64,000 nt of DNA, from positions 1,116,001-1,180,000 of the forward strand of contig MU058000.1 in the NCBI GenBank assembly GCA_013265495.1, read 5' to 3'. Position 1 is the first letter of the stretch; every line of letters starts with the position of its first letter. This DNA comes from Vicugna vicugna (lineage: Eukaryota). Both the position numbers and the translations under genes were made by a program. The notes below the pieces were generated by a model. The model worked only from the letters and a program-made list of their open reading frames with translations, did no database searches and was not told where the DNA came from. Below, piece by piece: positions 13,678-26,095 of this stretch.

Positions 13678-14176
13678 GGAGATACTTCACCCTCACGGAA
13701 GTGGAACATAACTCCTTATTCCTAAAGTGTGAGCTGCACATGATGACGTCTTTCCAAAGAGCACAGTATGGAGAGGGGTAATAAAGAGAAACCACATAGT
13801 TGAGAAACCTGACAAATATGACTTTTTCAGCTAGGGAATCAAGGCCAATCCCAACAGTCATAAATCACGTTGACAGCATGTACCCTTAACACAGTATGAT
13901 GAAAATGACACTTCACCCGTCATCTTCCTCTCCAAAGAGAGGAAAAAATCTGACAAATTCCAGTAGAGAGGCATCTTACAAAACACGTGCCTAGTGCTCC
14001 TCAAGGCTGTCAAGGTCTTCAAAAACAAGGAAAGTCTGAGAAACTGTCACGGAAAGAGGAGCTTAAGAAGAAGACAACTAAATGTAATGAGAATCTTGGA
14101 AGGGATCCTGGAACGAAAAAAGGTCATTAGGTGAAAACTAAAGCAATCTGAATAAATTATGGACTTTGGTTAGTTT
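13678..14176 (+). mobile_element. L1MC-type 3' UTR fragment
   Basis: gagaaacctgacaaa...tcataaatcacgttgacagcatgtacc...aaaaacaaggaaagtctgagaaactgtcac...gcaatctgaataaattatggactttggtta. Confidence 0.8.
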
Positions 14177-14414
14177 AAAAAAAGTTTATGAAGCACCAGT
14201 CATTTTCCTAGATCTCGACTTACTTCTCACAGTGAAACCATGCATCCTTTAAGGGACAGAATATATAGCTGGAGGCTTTGTATCCTAGAACTATGCTCTG
14301 AGAGATAAAGTGACTTGTCCAAAGTCACACATCTTGTGAGTGACTGATCTGAGGTTTAAGCCTTAGGCTCTATGACAACATAGAACAGATTTGTCATCTT
14401 CCTGTGATAACTTC

Positions 14415-14880
14415 TGTATCAATTTTCTATTGCTGCTGTAATAAATTTTCATAACTTTAGCAGCTTCAAACACCACCTACTTTTTATACCACTGTTATGT
14501 ATATCAGTAGTCTGGGCATAGTGTGGCTCAGCTTGTCCTTTGCCCACATGGCTGAAATAAAGATACAGATAGAAGTGCTTTCCTTTCCAGAACCTTTGGG
14601 GATGAATTTGCTTCTGAGAGCATTCAGGTTGTCTGGAAATTCAGTTCCTTGTGGTCATAGGACTGAGATCTGAATTTCTTTGCTGGTCATAAGCTGGTCT
14701 CTCGACTCAAGGCCTCCTGCATTCCTCATCACACTGCCCCTCCATCATAAAATGAGCAATGGCACATCTAGTCTTTCTCATGCTTTGAATCTCTTTTTCT
14801 TTCACTTTTCTTTCAGTCAAGAGAAAGCTCTGATTTTAAGGGCTTTTGTGAGTACCCAGAGCTCACTGGATAATCTGTGG
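14415..14880 (-). mobile_element. MLT1E-like ERVL-MaLR LTR
   Basis: tgtatcaattttctattgctgctgtaataaa...tcagttccttgtggtcataggactgag. Confidence 0.75.
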
Positions 14881-15729
14881 ATCATCTGTTGTATATGGGA
14901 GTGGTAGAGTCTCAGGTCTCCATCCCCATTTCTCCTACTGCAGCACAACATCTTTATTGATGCATAGGATGATGCAGGGCAACCACTCAGAGCAGATAAT
15001 TTATAGGCAGTATGTTGCGTTCAGATCCTATCTTTAGATTTGACAAAAGTGATAAATCCATTATTTCTTTCTTCTTAGCTGAATAGTTTTTCAATTTTAA
15101 AGTTTCCAAACTTAGAATTTATTTTTTAATCCTTTCATATATTTAGGTGGTAATATTTTCCTCACCCCACAGACACAAAGCTTACAGTTTCTCTCCTGAT
15201 TCCTTATTCTGCCATCAGCTGTGACTTCCTCACCCTCCCCTCCTCCCCACTGGACTGGAAGCACCTGGGGTGCAGGGGCCACTCCTGTCGTGTGCACCTA
15301 GAGCCTGGTACAGTGAACACAGGAGGCAGCCAGTCGTTGCAGAGTAAATGAATGAATGAATATGAATGGGCAGCACCTTAGAACCAGGGAAATGGAGTAT
15401 TTTGAGAGACTAAGGAGAAGTCTTTGCTTAACATCACCTCCTCTCTGCTTCCTCCAAGGAGAAGTCCTTGATCTGATCATTGGGTTCCAGGATCCCAACT
15501 GGGCCACATTTGCAAGGGTGATGTCACTGTGCACTGAAGGTTACAGCCTGGCCATGGGGCTCTCTGGTGCCCAGGGCTTTCTTTTCCTTCCCTGTGGTGG
15601 AAGTTATACACTGACACAGGAATGACATTCATCCAGCACTCTCTACTCTGGGGTTTCTTCCTTCCATGTAGCTGGGCCAGCTGAGGATGGTAAAATTCAG
15701 GTTTGAACTTAAGGGGAGAGAAGGAGCAT

Positions 15730-16486
15730 TTACTTGTTTGTTTGTTTGCTTTTATTTATTATGGAAATATAGTTGATTTACAATATTATATTAGTTTCAG
15801 TTGTACAGCATAGTGATTCAGTATCTTTGTAGATTATGCTCCATTTAAAGCTGTTATAAAATATTGGCTATATTCACTGTGCTGTACAATATATTCTTAT
15901 TGCTTATTTATCTTCTATCTAATAGTTTGTATCTCTAACTCCACTTCCCCTATATTGTCCTTCCTCCTTTCTCTCTCCGCACTGGTAACCACTGCTTTAT
16001 TCTCTTTGTCTGTGAGTCTGTTTCTGTTTTGTTACTTGTGTGTTTTATTTTTTAGATTCCACATATAAGTGATGACATACGGTATTTGTCTTTCTCTGTC
16101 TGATTTATCTCACTAAGCATAATACCCTCCAGGTCCATCCATGTTGTTGCAAATGGCAATTTTTCATTCTTTTTTATGACTGAGTAGTATTCCATTGTAT
16201 ATATACATTACATCTTTATCCATTTATCTGTTGATGGACATTTAGTTTGCTTCCATATCTTGGTTATTGTAAATAATGCTGCTATAAGCATTGGAGTACG
16301 TGTATCTTTTCTAATTGGTGTTTTCATTTTATTTGGATAGATACCCAGGAATGGAATTGCTAGATCATATGGTAGTTCTATTTTTAGTTTTTTGAACAAC
16401 CTCTGTACTGTTTTCCATAGTGGCTGCCAAATTTATATTCATACTAACATCATAGTCAGTGGTGAAAAGCTGAGCGAGAGCTTTTA
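15730..16486 (-). mobile_element. 5'-truncated L1 with a short inverted 5' segment
   Basis: ORF 16208-16399(-) reads [20 protein letters not shown]...KCPSTDKWIKM (ORF2p C-terminus). Decayed polyT on the left. 16446-16485 is sense-strand ORF2. Flanking repeat aaggagcat at 15721-15729 and 16487-16495. Confidence 0.9.
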
Positions 16487-16499
16487 AAGGAGCATGATT

Positions 16500-16690
16500 T
16501 TTAACACTCAGACTCCCTGGGTCTGCATGTGGAATCTGCCCTTACTAGTTATGTGAGCTTAGCAATGCTTGTTACTCTCTCTGCTCCATTTCCTCATGTC
16601 AAGTGTTGATAATGGTAGTAAATGTTTCATATGGGTGAAAATGAGATTGTGCCTATAAAGCACAGTGCCTGGCATCTAGAAAGTATATCT
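16500..16690 (+). mobile_element. MIR SINE
   Basis: cttactagttatgtgagcttagcaatg...tttcctcatgtc...gcacagtgcctggcatctag. Confidence 0.7.
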
Positions 16691-18069
16691 CCTTTATAGC
16701 TACTTGGCTCACATCTTCATCTGCTTTAACCATTTGTTCATATCTCGCCTTCTCAGTACTACCTCCCTGAACATCCCACTTCACATCTCAACCTGCTATG
16801 ATCCAATTGGCACTCCTGATCCACCTACTTTGCCCTTGTTTTCCTTTATTCTATAGCCTTTGTCTAAATATTTTGATAGGTTTATTTTTAATGTAGGTTA
16901 TATTTTGGAGATAGAATAGGGGCTGAGATAGGAAGAGGGCTACTCTTCATGAAAATTTTGTTTTTCCCTTTCAGAGATTAAAAACAAACCAAAAAACAAA
17001 CAAACAAACAAAAAACAAAACCCTCTAAGCTAAATACATCCTTATGGCATCATAGTTGAAGCTTCTACTGAGCTTTAATTTAAACTTCAAATCACCCCTG
17101 CATGGTAAATAAATACCAGATAAGTATATGGTGACTCTGTAATGTCTTTTATGTTTTCTACAAGATCAACTCCTCGGATCCTAGTGATGGCCATCATTAA
17201 GCACAGATTATACCCACATTATATATTTATACCCATAAATGATTAGTCTCAGGGTTCTATTTGGATTAAAGTTATTCACAAGAACTCCCCTTGGTCTGAG
17301 CCTTTCATTTGGAGAGGACTGTTTGGGACCACAGAGATCCTAGGTGGCATTTTTTTTTTTTTACTGAACTGTCCTCCAGATTCCTCTAGGGTTGAAGCTC
17401 TCCTTACTTGGTGGTCTCCCTGCAGCAATGTGAACCTCTTTCTTCTTTGATTTCTATTCTTGATAGTTAAACCACAGCTACCAACCCTTCTACTCTCCAT
17501 CCCCTTCGATGCACTTATCTCTTTCCCTACTCTGATCCTGCTAATGCAACAGTGTCTGCCACCCTATCTTACCCTGCTTCTGTGCCATCTAGACACCTGT
17601 TTTTAACACCCCTCTCCCTGGTCATAACTAAAACTAGATTTTCCTCTCACGTTACTCTGTTTCTGGTAACCTTTCTAGGATTAAATTTTATTTAATCTAC
17701 ACACACATAATTGAATCTTCTACTCAGGTTTAATTTAAACTATAGATCGCCTCTGAATATGGTAATAAACACCAGACAAATATCTGGTAACTTCTTTTTC
17801 TTACAGTCCCTTGTGTTTCCCAGAGCTTTGGGAACCAAGCTGGGGTTTGGTATATTTCTTGCAATATTCGGTTCAATCTTTGTACTTCTCAAGTGAATAG
17901 TTCTATTTTTTAAAGTCTTTCCCAATCTTCCTGACAGGCTATGATCTGTCTTCAGCTTAATGTCTTTATTTGAAATGGTGCCCCGCCTTTGACATTCTCA
18001 CTATACACTTAACAGCTCTCCCTTTTCTCATTTCAGTCATCTCGAGTATTTTGGAATGTAGATTTTATT

Positions 18070-18533
18070 ACTGTTCAGGTGTGGCAAGGCCATCAGCTTA
18101 AGACAACTGCCATCGAAAAGAAAAGGAAGCATGGGGTCAGTTATGCGGCAGAGGGAGCAGGGGAAAGTGTAGGCAGGAGACTTCACTGTGGTTTCCATGG
18201 GAAAGAATGACCGAGGCAGAGTAAGCAGTTCAGGACTGGCTAGTTTCAGTACTTTTACTGGGCTCAGGAGTGTGGAAGCTGTCCTGTGTGCTTGGCCCTG
18301 GGATAATGAAGGTAGGTAGATAGTGGACTGGAGTGTAAGACAGATAAGGGAGATGGTTAGGGGGTAGGGACTTTGGATCCATTGGTTTGCATATGAAAGG
18401 ACCCCTTGCAGAAGAGTCCTTTAATAGCTCTGGACATTGACTAGCTCTGGGAGGCACAGTCTCTCAAGGATCAGCAAGACCCCAGAGGTCAAAGCATTAA
18501 AAATATAGAAAATAAACAAGCATGATTAATATA
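18070..18533 (-). mobile_element. ERVL LTR, MER74/MER73-like
   Basis: The reverse complement starts tatattaatcatgcttgtttattttctata...gctttgacctctggggtcttgctgatcc and includes ttcatatgcaaaccaatggatcc. Confidence 0.7.
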
Positions 18534-19964
18534 TCTAGTCTCCTAGATTGTCTCCAGATCCTTTAATGATTGGATTTCTATCTTCTTTTCCACTTAACTC
18601 TTTCCTATTTCCCACCCAGTTAACTTGATATTCTATTTTCACACTTGGGAATTTAACTGTCCACCAACATCCTAACCTGTCAGTGCCAGTGATCACCATG
18701 TTTACTTAAGCTACCAAGATGAAGCTCTATATTAGATTAACTATGCTTCACACTCACTTTGGATCTTGTTCTCTGAAATTTCCTTTGTGGCCAGCATAAC
18801 CCCTGTGCTCCTTTGTCTCCATTTGTTTACTCCACTCACCAAATTCTTCAGGCTTATTCAGGCCAGTGATGCCTGGAAATTCTCTGAATCCATCCTCTCC
18901 ATTTTGAGTTCAGAGACTTCTCCACCATTTCTGTCAATTTTCAGATGCTTTGATTGACCTGCATAAAGTCTTCAGTTTGGCTACTGCCGTCCATTCTTAC
19001 TTCCATCGTGTGGTTTCTAGGTCTGGTTGCTTCCCTCCAACCAGGACCTACAAGCTTACCCCTTCTACCCTCCAAATAGGCTGTCCATTGGTACTGGATT
19101 AACTTTCCCTAAATATAATTCCTATTGTAAGACTCTCTTTAACATAAACATTCATTGACTTCCTTAAATTCACTGAGTGAAGAATAAACAGATTATTCCA
19201 GGCATAATGGCCCTTCATGGTATGGCTTTTTGCCCTTCTCTTGGATGAAATCTGCTTTGATTTTTCTTGGCCAGGTGCAGATTTTCTCTCCAAAGAACTA
19301 TGAAACTCTGTAGAGACATTTGCATTCTATCTTTCTTCCATTATTTGTATACCATTAAACTGTATACTTCTTTATGGCAGAGTTTTTATCTTATTCATCC
19401 TTGTGTTTCATATAGTGATTAGCAGTAAGCCTTATAAATAGTAGGTGTTAGAGATTACTTTAATGGAATAGAATCTCAAAGCTCCATGTTAAGAACCCTA
19501 ATCCCTCAGTTAAATCCTTAATTAGGTGCCATGTCTAAGAAAATAAAGATATTTTATAAGTAACTGAACACACATACACAAGCAATTATTCTACAAATGT
19601 TTGTTTGAGTCAAACAGTTAAACCAAGTCCCAAATTGCCACATAAAGTACTATGAGCCCTTCTTGTGCTTTCAACTGTACATTTAATGTTTAAAAAAGGG
19701 TTAAACCAATGTTACACATTGTATCCAAGGGAGGGAAATGAAAAGAATGAAATTGTTAATATAAAAGCTAAATAAATCTAAGATACAGAGATAGTGTAAT
19801 ACATCACGAACTCCCATGCATTGCAGCTACATTATCTTGCCTGGAGATAGTGAGGAACTAGGGAACAGTGGGAAGTCTGATTTATGATTCTATGTTGAGT
19901 AGACTGGCCACTCCCTAGTTATCCACCTTGTAGGATCCGTGCAGGTAAAAGGAAATAGGAAAGA

Positions 19965-20340
19965 GAGTCGTAGACTTTCAGAAGTTAAAAGGTTCTTAGA
20001 GGTCATTTGGTTTAATCTCCTGCTGGTAGCAGGAATCTTTCCCAAGTGCCACCGACATATGGCTTCTGTTGAACATCCCACCGAGAATGATGATTGCTCT
20101 TTTGAGGGATCTCATTCCACTTTAGGACAGAGCTAATTATTAGGAAATCCTTTTTTTCTATTGAGCTGAAATATGCTTCCCATAACTTTTACCCAGTGGC
20201 CCTCATTCTATCCCCTGGAGTAACACAGAATAGGTTTAATTCATCTTTCTTATAATTGCCCTCCAAATAGCTGAAGCTCACTCTCATGTCCTCTATCAGT
20301 CTTTTCTAGAGGCTGAATAAAAATCCCCATTCCTTACATA
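19965..20340 (-). mobile_element. L3/CR1 LINE fragment (3' part)
   Basis: ttgagctgaaatatgcttcccataacttttacccagtggccctcattctatcccctggagtaacacagaa...ctcatgtcctctatcagtcttttctagaggctgaa matches my recall of L3. Confidence 0.75.
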
Positions 20341-20854
20341 AATGACAATTCCAAAGCACTTTATTTGCTTCTTGAATTTGGAATTTATGTCATGCCAATT
20401 AGCATATTAATTTGTGCGTATTTCTGCTCTCTTTCCTCCTCTTTGCCTTATTGCTGAATTGAATTGAGGAATTCTCCTTCTGAATGTTTTATTCTTCTAG
20501 TCACCTTTCTCAAGATCTACCCTAGGTCTTTATTACTTCCTTTAAATATAACTTTCAGGAGAGACAGGGGACAAGCAGAGTAATGCCTTCTCTTAAAGGA
20601 ATGTCTTTCCATTGATTTTAAGGGAAATAAATCATGGTGGTTAAAACTAAGATGAAATTATTTTAGAGGAAGTAATGTGGTGATGAGACCTTGAGAGACT
20701 TAGCATAGAATTCAAAATCTAATACCTTTCAAGTGGGCTTGCTGGACACCTTCCCACTTTTGTCGCTGCCTCTCTTTCCCTCTTGGCTGGGATGTAAGAC
20801 TATGGATTACCTTCTGCTTGAATGCTAGAGAATTTGGGGGTGACTATGACTTCT

Positions 20855-21371
20855 TTTTTTATGGTTTTTTAAAGTATAGTTGATTTGCAATATTGTGTTG
20901 GTTTTAGGTGTGCAGCAAAGTGTTTCAGACGTTTTCAGATTATTGACCATTATGTTATAACAAGATATTGAATATAGTTCCCTGTGTTACAGAGTAGATT
21001 CTTGTTGCTTATCTCTTTTATGTATAATAGTTTGCATCTGTTAATTCCATACTCCTAACTTATCCTCCCCCTGCCCTTTCCTCTTTGGTAACTCTGTTTG
21101 TTTTCTACTGTCTGTGAGTCTGTTTCTATTTTGTGTATAGATTCATTTGTATTTTTTTTTTTTGGATTACACAAAAAAGTGATATCACATATTTGTCTTT
21201 CTCTGTCTGGCTTACTTCACTTAGTATGATATTCTCTCAGTCCATCCATATTGCTGCAAATGGCAATATTTCATTCTTTTTATGACTAAATAATATTTCA
21301 TTGCATGTACATACCCAGTCTTCTTAAACCAATCATATGTTGATAGGCACTTGGGTTGTTTCCATGGCTTG
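20855..21371 (-). mobile_element. 5'-truncated L1 3' end
   Basis: PolyT followed by aagtatagttgatttgcaatattgtg...ttcacttagtatgatattctc. Flanking repeat tgacttct at 20847-20854 and 21372-21379. Confidence 0.92.
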
Positions 21372-21447
21372 TGACTTCTCTTAATCATGTCAGTGTAGTT
21401 CTCTCAAAGCAGCCCCAAATTATAATTTCATGAATAAAAGCTGATTT

Positions 21448-22561
21448 TGAAGCTTGAGCAGGACCCTGTGGGACCCTCCCAGGTATAAAAGCCCCTCCAT
21501 GTCCTCTGCCTCTTGTTTATAGGAAAGCTGAAGCCTCCCAGGCCTCCTGTGAGTCACAAAAGAGCAGGCTCAAGCAGTTAGTCATTAGGACAATAGAGTC
21601 ACAGGGTCTTCAGTTCCTCCCTGAAGGACATAGATGACAGTACCTAATGCACGTTCTTGAGTTGTTTACTATAACTTACTATAACTGCCACCAGAAGGAA
21701 AAAGCTGACTACATGATGACCAGACTATAGCCATGACATAAGCTGCTCCATCTTCAGCAGTACTGAATCTATGACTAGCACAATTCCAAGAACTGGCTTA
21801 AAGAGAATGGGGTTAATATTATTGCTCATGAAAGTATATATCTTTGTGGACATTAAAATAACTGTAGTTGGCTCTGCCAGCATATGCAAGCAGGCAACTG
21901 AAGTTGTCAATAAAGAAATGCTACAGACCCATGTCAACATCTTGCACTCTAAGAATGTAATGCCCTGTATCAGCATGAAGTTACAGAAAATGTACCTTCA
22001 CCCCAATCCCACAGAAATGGAATAATGCTTGACAGTGGAGATTTGTAAGCAGCTCCTTGGTCTTAGAACCTAGTTATGCTTTACACCCTAACCTGTACCA
22101 TAGCTAGATTTCAGGACCCTCAAGCTTCTGCATATTTTCCCAGGCATTTTTTCTTATTCTTCCGTGTTTAACATGTTGAGTCTTTTCTTAGACTGAAGGA
22201 AGGGAAAATGGTGAGTATGTGATTAAAGGATAACCAGGCTGTTCCTCCAGCAGTTGTGACTAGGCTCTGTGACCAAGAGAGCATCAGAAAAGGACAGTGG
22301 AGTCAGACGGTCTTCACACAGTGAAAGACGACAAAGACTCTGACCCCCTCCCCAAATGATTAACTGCAAGTAGCTTTCCCTTTCTTCTTTTAAAAACTCT
22401 CATCGTTGAGCAAAATCTTTGGAGTTGGTTTTTGGACATGCATCCTCATTCTTCCCAGGTTGCTGACCTCCTGAATAAAGTAACTTTTCCTTTCCAGCCA
22501 ACATTTGTCTCTAGAATATTTGCTTTTGAGCAGCCAGCAGCCAAACCTGAGTTTGTTAACA
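21448..22561 (+). mobile_element. Long (~1.1 kb) ERV1-like solo LTR, probably lineage-specific
   Basis: TG...CA ends (tgaagcttgagcagg ... cctgagtttgttaaca) and AATAAA near 22474. No gag/pol/env or PBS is visible. Confidence 0.7.
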
Positions 22562-22854
22562 ATATTCCTGACGTACAGAGGGAGCAAGCACAAGGTCACC
22601 TAGAACCGTCAGGACTTGACCTCCTGAACATCATTTAAAGTAGTGCTATAAACTACTAAAACATCCCCAAATAGTAAATGGAGTACATAACCTTAATTCC
22701 TACTAAATTTTATTACGTTACTTTTTGTCTCTCTGTCCACCTCTCTCTCTTTATAATTACCTGAAGAATCTCTTACGGCTGGATTCTGTCCTCCAGTGAA
22801 AATTTCTGTCATTTTCCATTTGGTAAGTATGACATTTATGTCTTAATCTAAGCT

Positions 22855-23260
22855 TTAGATAGAGTTATTGAATAGGATAGAACCAAGAACTAGACCGTTA
22901 GGTCTGCCATTTGGGACCTCCCTCCAGACAGACATGGATACTTTAATCAATATCATTTAGGTTCCAGTATCCTACCCTTCATGAAAATTTACAACAGTTT
23001 TATGAATTAGCAAACATTTCTTCATTCTGCCCACAAGCTGTGTCCTAAAACTCTGTCACAGCTTTGCTGAAATCTTTGGTGAAACTGTATTACCTTACCA
23101 AATTGCCTTATCAGAAAGAGAAGGGAAAGTATTTTGTCTTCAGTTCGTGCTGTTTCCTAAGAATCATCACATTCTTCTTCTGTTTGTGCACCAACATTCT
23201 CTGTAGCCATTAGTATGGGTATGCTGGTGAAATACATGAATTTTATTAGTCTGCAATTGC
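22855..23260 (-). mobile_element. L3/CR1 LINE fragment (more 5' part)
   Basis: ttgaataggatagaaccaagaactagacc...gacctccctccagacagacatgga...ctgtcacagctttgctgaaatc resembles the L3 RT region. Confidence 0.6.
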
Positions 23261-23469
23261 TAGAGTCTTTTTTCACTTTGAATTTTTATTTTCATTTGGT
23301 ACTTTTAGCCTCTTGCTTATGAAAGTCTCAGACACTTACTTCATGATCATAACACAAGGTTCTTTTAGTACCATGGTTTAACTTTTTGTGGGTTAGAAAT
23401 TTGATTTATTTAAACCTTTATGATCCATCCCAATTTTGAAGTTGTTTTAGAAAAATCTCCATGCTCTCA

Positions 23470-23680
23470 AATAGGCCATCCAGTTGAACTTCCCGTGATG
23501 ATGGAAATGTCCCATATCTGTACTGTCCAAAACAGTAGCCACTAGTCACATATGGTTATTAAGTACTCAAAATTTGGCTAGTGCAAGTAAGGGACTGGAT
23601 TTTAAATTCTGATTAATTTTAACTTAACTTTAAATAGCCATATGGGGCTAATAGCTACCATATTGTGCAGCACAATTCTA
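23470..23680 (+). mobile_element. MER3 hAT-Charlie element
   Basis: gtgatgatggaaatgtcccatatctgtactgtccaaaacagtagccactagtcacatatgg...gctaccatattgtgcagcac. Confidence 0.88.
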
Positions 23681-24285
23681 GAATTTTGGATTTTTTATTA
23701 ACAAAATATATTTCTTCAGAGCCATCTCTCTGTTTTAGTATTGGAATCATTTGTGATTACAGAGTCAGATTTTTAAAAATTTAGGGTGCCTCTCTTATCA
23801 CGGGATGACCCCTGTCTTTCCAAGGAGATGTTTAGAACCTGCTTTTCTGGTGTATGTAGATATTTCCATCTTCTGCTCCTCTTCGACTCCCTAGAACAAA
23901 AATTTTAATATTCAGCATGGCATTGCAGAAGAGCTATTCCAGGCAGAATCCATCTCCAGAAGAGACACTGTTCAAAAGCAATAGGGATAGATTCTTCTCT
24001 CTCTTTTACAGCATGTCCATTCTGCACATCATGCTCCCACATCACCATCCCAACCATCACTCTTTCCATTTGCAGGGGATGACTTCTTAATGTTTCAGGG
24101 ACAGGATGCAGTCTGGATAGGCAGGGAAATATCTATAATTAGAAAAGTACAAGATGTTAACAAGAAATTAATGCTTGTGACAGGAATACATTTCTTAAAT
24201 AAATTATGTAGAGGTTTGAGCCACAGAGTGTTATAAAGAGAAATTAATGCTTTACTGAGACCCTGATGCAATTAGAACTGGAAAG

Positions 24286-24335
24286 TTTTTTTTTTTTTTT
24301 TTTTTTTTACNNNNNNNNNNNNNNNGACTTAGAAG

Positions 24336-24378
<43 letters not shown>
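24286..24378. repeat. PolyT run, 15-N assembly gap and (GT)n microsatellite
   Basis: T-run about 24286-24308, N at 24311-24325, about 20 GT units at 24338-24378. Confidence 0.95.
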
Positions 24379-24382
<4 letters not shown>

Positions 24383-25607
24383 CAGACACATAGAATCATA
24401 TAAGTGTAAGCAAATCTGTATCTTCAATGGCATATGCTCATTCCTACATTTGAGTTTGTTTTCTGCATTTTCTTATGGATAACTAATTCTTCTGACAGGA
24501 AAACTAGGAGGAGCCCTGGGATTTGTTAACTATTTTTAAAGCTGGGGGGTGGTTAGGGAGGGACGGAATGCTTAATCCTCAAAACTTCACAGATTACTGA
24601 CAAAGGACAGTAATGACACCCCGTCTTTGCAGGCTTAACTGTGGACAACGCCTCACCACCTCGGGCTCCCTCTGATGCGGCTTCACTTTTGACGTGGTGG
24701 TTAGATGGTCCGACAGGCACAGCTCACTCATTCACAGTGACACATCTGTGACACCACACGCCTTCAGCCTCTTTGTTTCCTTCCTAACAGGCTTGAAGGA
24801 TTAGCACAATGACCAGACCTATCTCAGAAGGCTCTCCAGTGGGAATAATGCATTCACAAATGGTCGAATGTTTTGAAAACGAAAACCCCCTAACTAAAGT
24901 ATTAAGTGTTATTTTATGCCTCCTGCTACACAAAGCCCACTTACAGGCTCAATTCCCTTGTTGTTTTCTTGACACAGTTGGAAGAGGAACAATTAACTCT
25001 GGCCATTGTAGTCTAAGTAATTACTGATTACCCCATACCTTCTCAGAAAATTATGCAGAATGGGAAATAAAACCAAACTGTGACCTGTAGGTGGCTTCTA
25101 GTGTTTGTAGCTCACAAAGGCTGCACCCAAGATCCATTTACGCCCGTGTGGCTGAGCTCTCCCGGGTCAGTGATGATGGATGACAGCACTTGGGTCCAGA
25201 GAAAGGAGCCCCAAGGCCCCGATCGCATCACCGCGCTAATGGACCCTGCACTTGTTTCAGAGAGAGCAATTAATTCTCAGGCTAGCTTGGCAGCAGAAGC
25301 TTCCAGAGCTGACTTTTCTTTGTGTCCCAGAAGCAACCCTCACACGCCCACCCTTGGCACCTACAGAGCAGAAGGAAAGTCAGGAATGCTGGTGAGCTCT
25401 CCTCCCACCCCGTGGCTTTACTTTCTACTGTTGGCCACGGACTTGCCCTCTGGTAAAGTCCCCCCAAGAAGGTGGGAGCTCTCTAGCCTCTTAATGAAGA
25501 GTAACATTTCCTTCCCGCCCTCCCTCCCTTCTTTTCTCCCTCCCTCCCCGTTCACTTCATAAATATTGACTGAGTGTCTATGGTGTGTCTACTACTGTGT
25601 TAGGTGG

Positions 25608-26095
25608 TGAAGGTTGGCAGAATATGGACCCTAAGATATGCAACTTCGGCATGGGAATTATTTCGAGCTAAAGACATTGCAAAACAGCAGGTACAAGAAG
25701 GGCATTCTGATCTTCCCTTTCCTTCCTGAAAACAGGAGGTAAAAACTCCCATGTGAAAGATGCTTTTCCTGTGTCAGGAGATAAATAAATTCTTCAATAG
25801 GGAGTCAAAGCCGAGAGAACTCCGTACAAACAAACCTTGTTAAAATCTTGCTTTAGCCACTCAGAATATTTTAGTTACTGTTCCACAATTGCCTCTCTGT
25901 TCAATCTGGTGTAAAAGCATGTAGATTTGCCCCTTCTTTGGGTCTTCATTTCTTCATGAGGGCTCCTGTGTTCATGTAAAATTTATGTAACTCTGTATGC
26001 TTTTCTTCTGTTAATCTGTTTTATGTCAGTTTAATTTGCAGGCCCAGCCAAAAAATTCCTAAGAGGGAAGAGGGAAAACTTTTGCCTTCCCTGCA
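25608..26095 (+). mobile_element. ERV1 solo LTR, MER34-like, inserted in an L2 tail fragment
   Basis: tgaaggttggcagaatatggaccctaagatatgc ... cctaagagggaagagggaaaacttttgccttccctgca. 4-bp flanks gtgg/gtag. Confidence 0.85.

Noticed and set aside
13319..13861. Longest ORF in the window (180 aa)
   Set aside because: It is partly antisense to an L1MC 3' UTR and has no recognisable domain; likely a chance ORF.
24311..24325. Structural novelty at the polyT/GT junction
   Set aside because: It is an assembly gap between simple repeats, so the true sequence is unknown.
25080..25562. 160-aa ORF
   Set aside because: It has a non-ATG start, ends in a low-complexity pyrimidine tract and shows no homology I can recognise.
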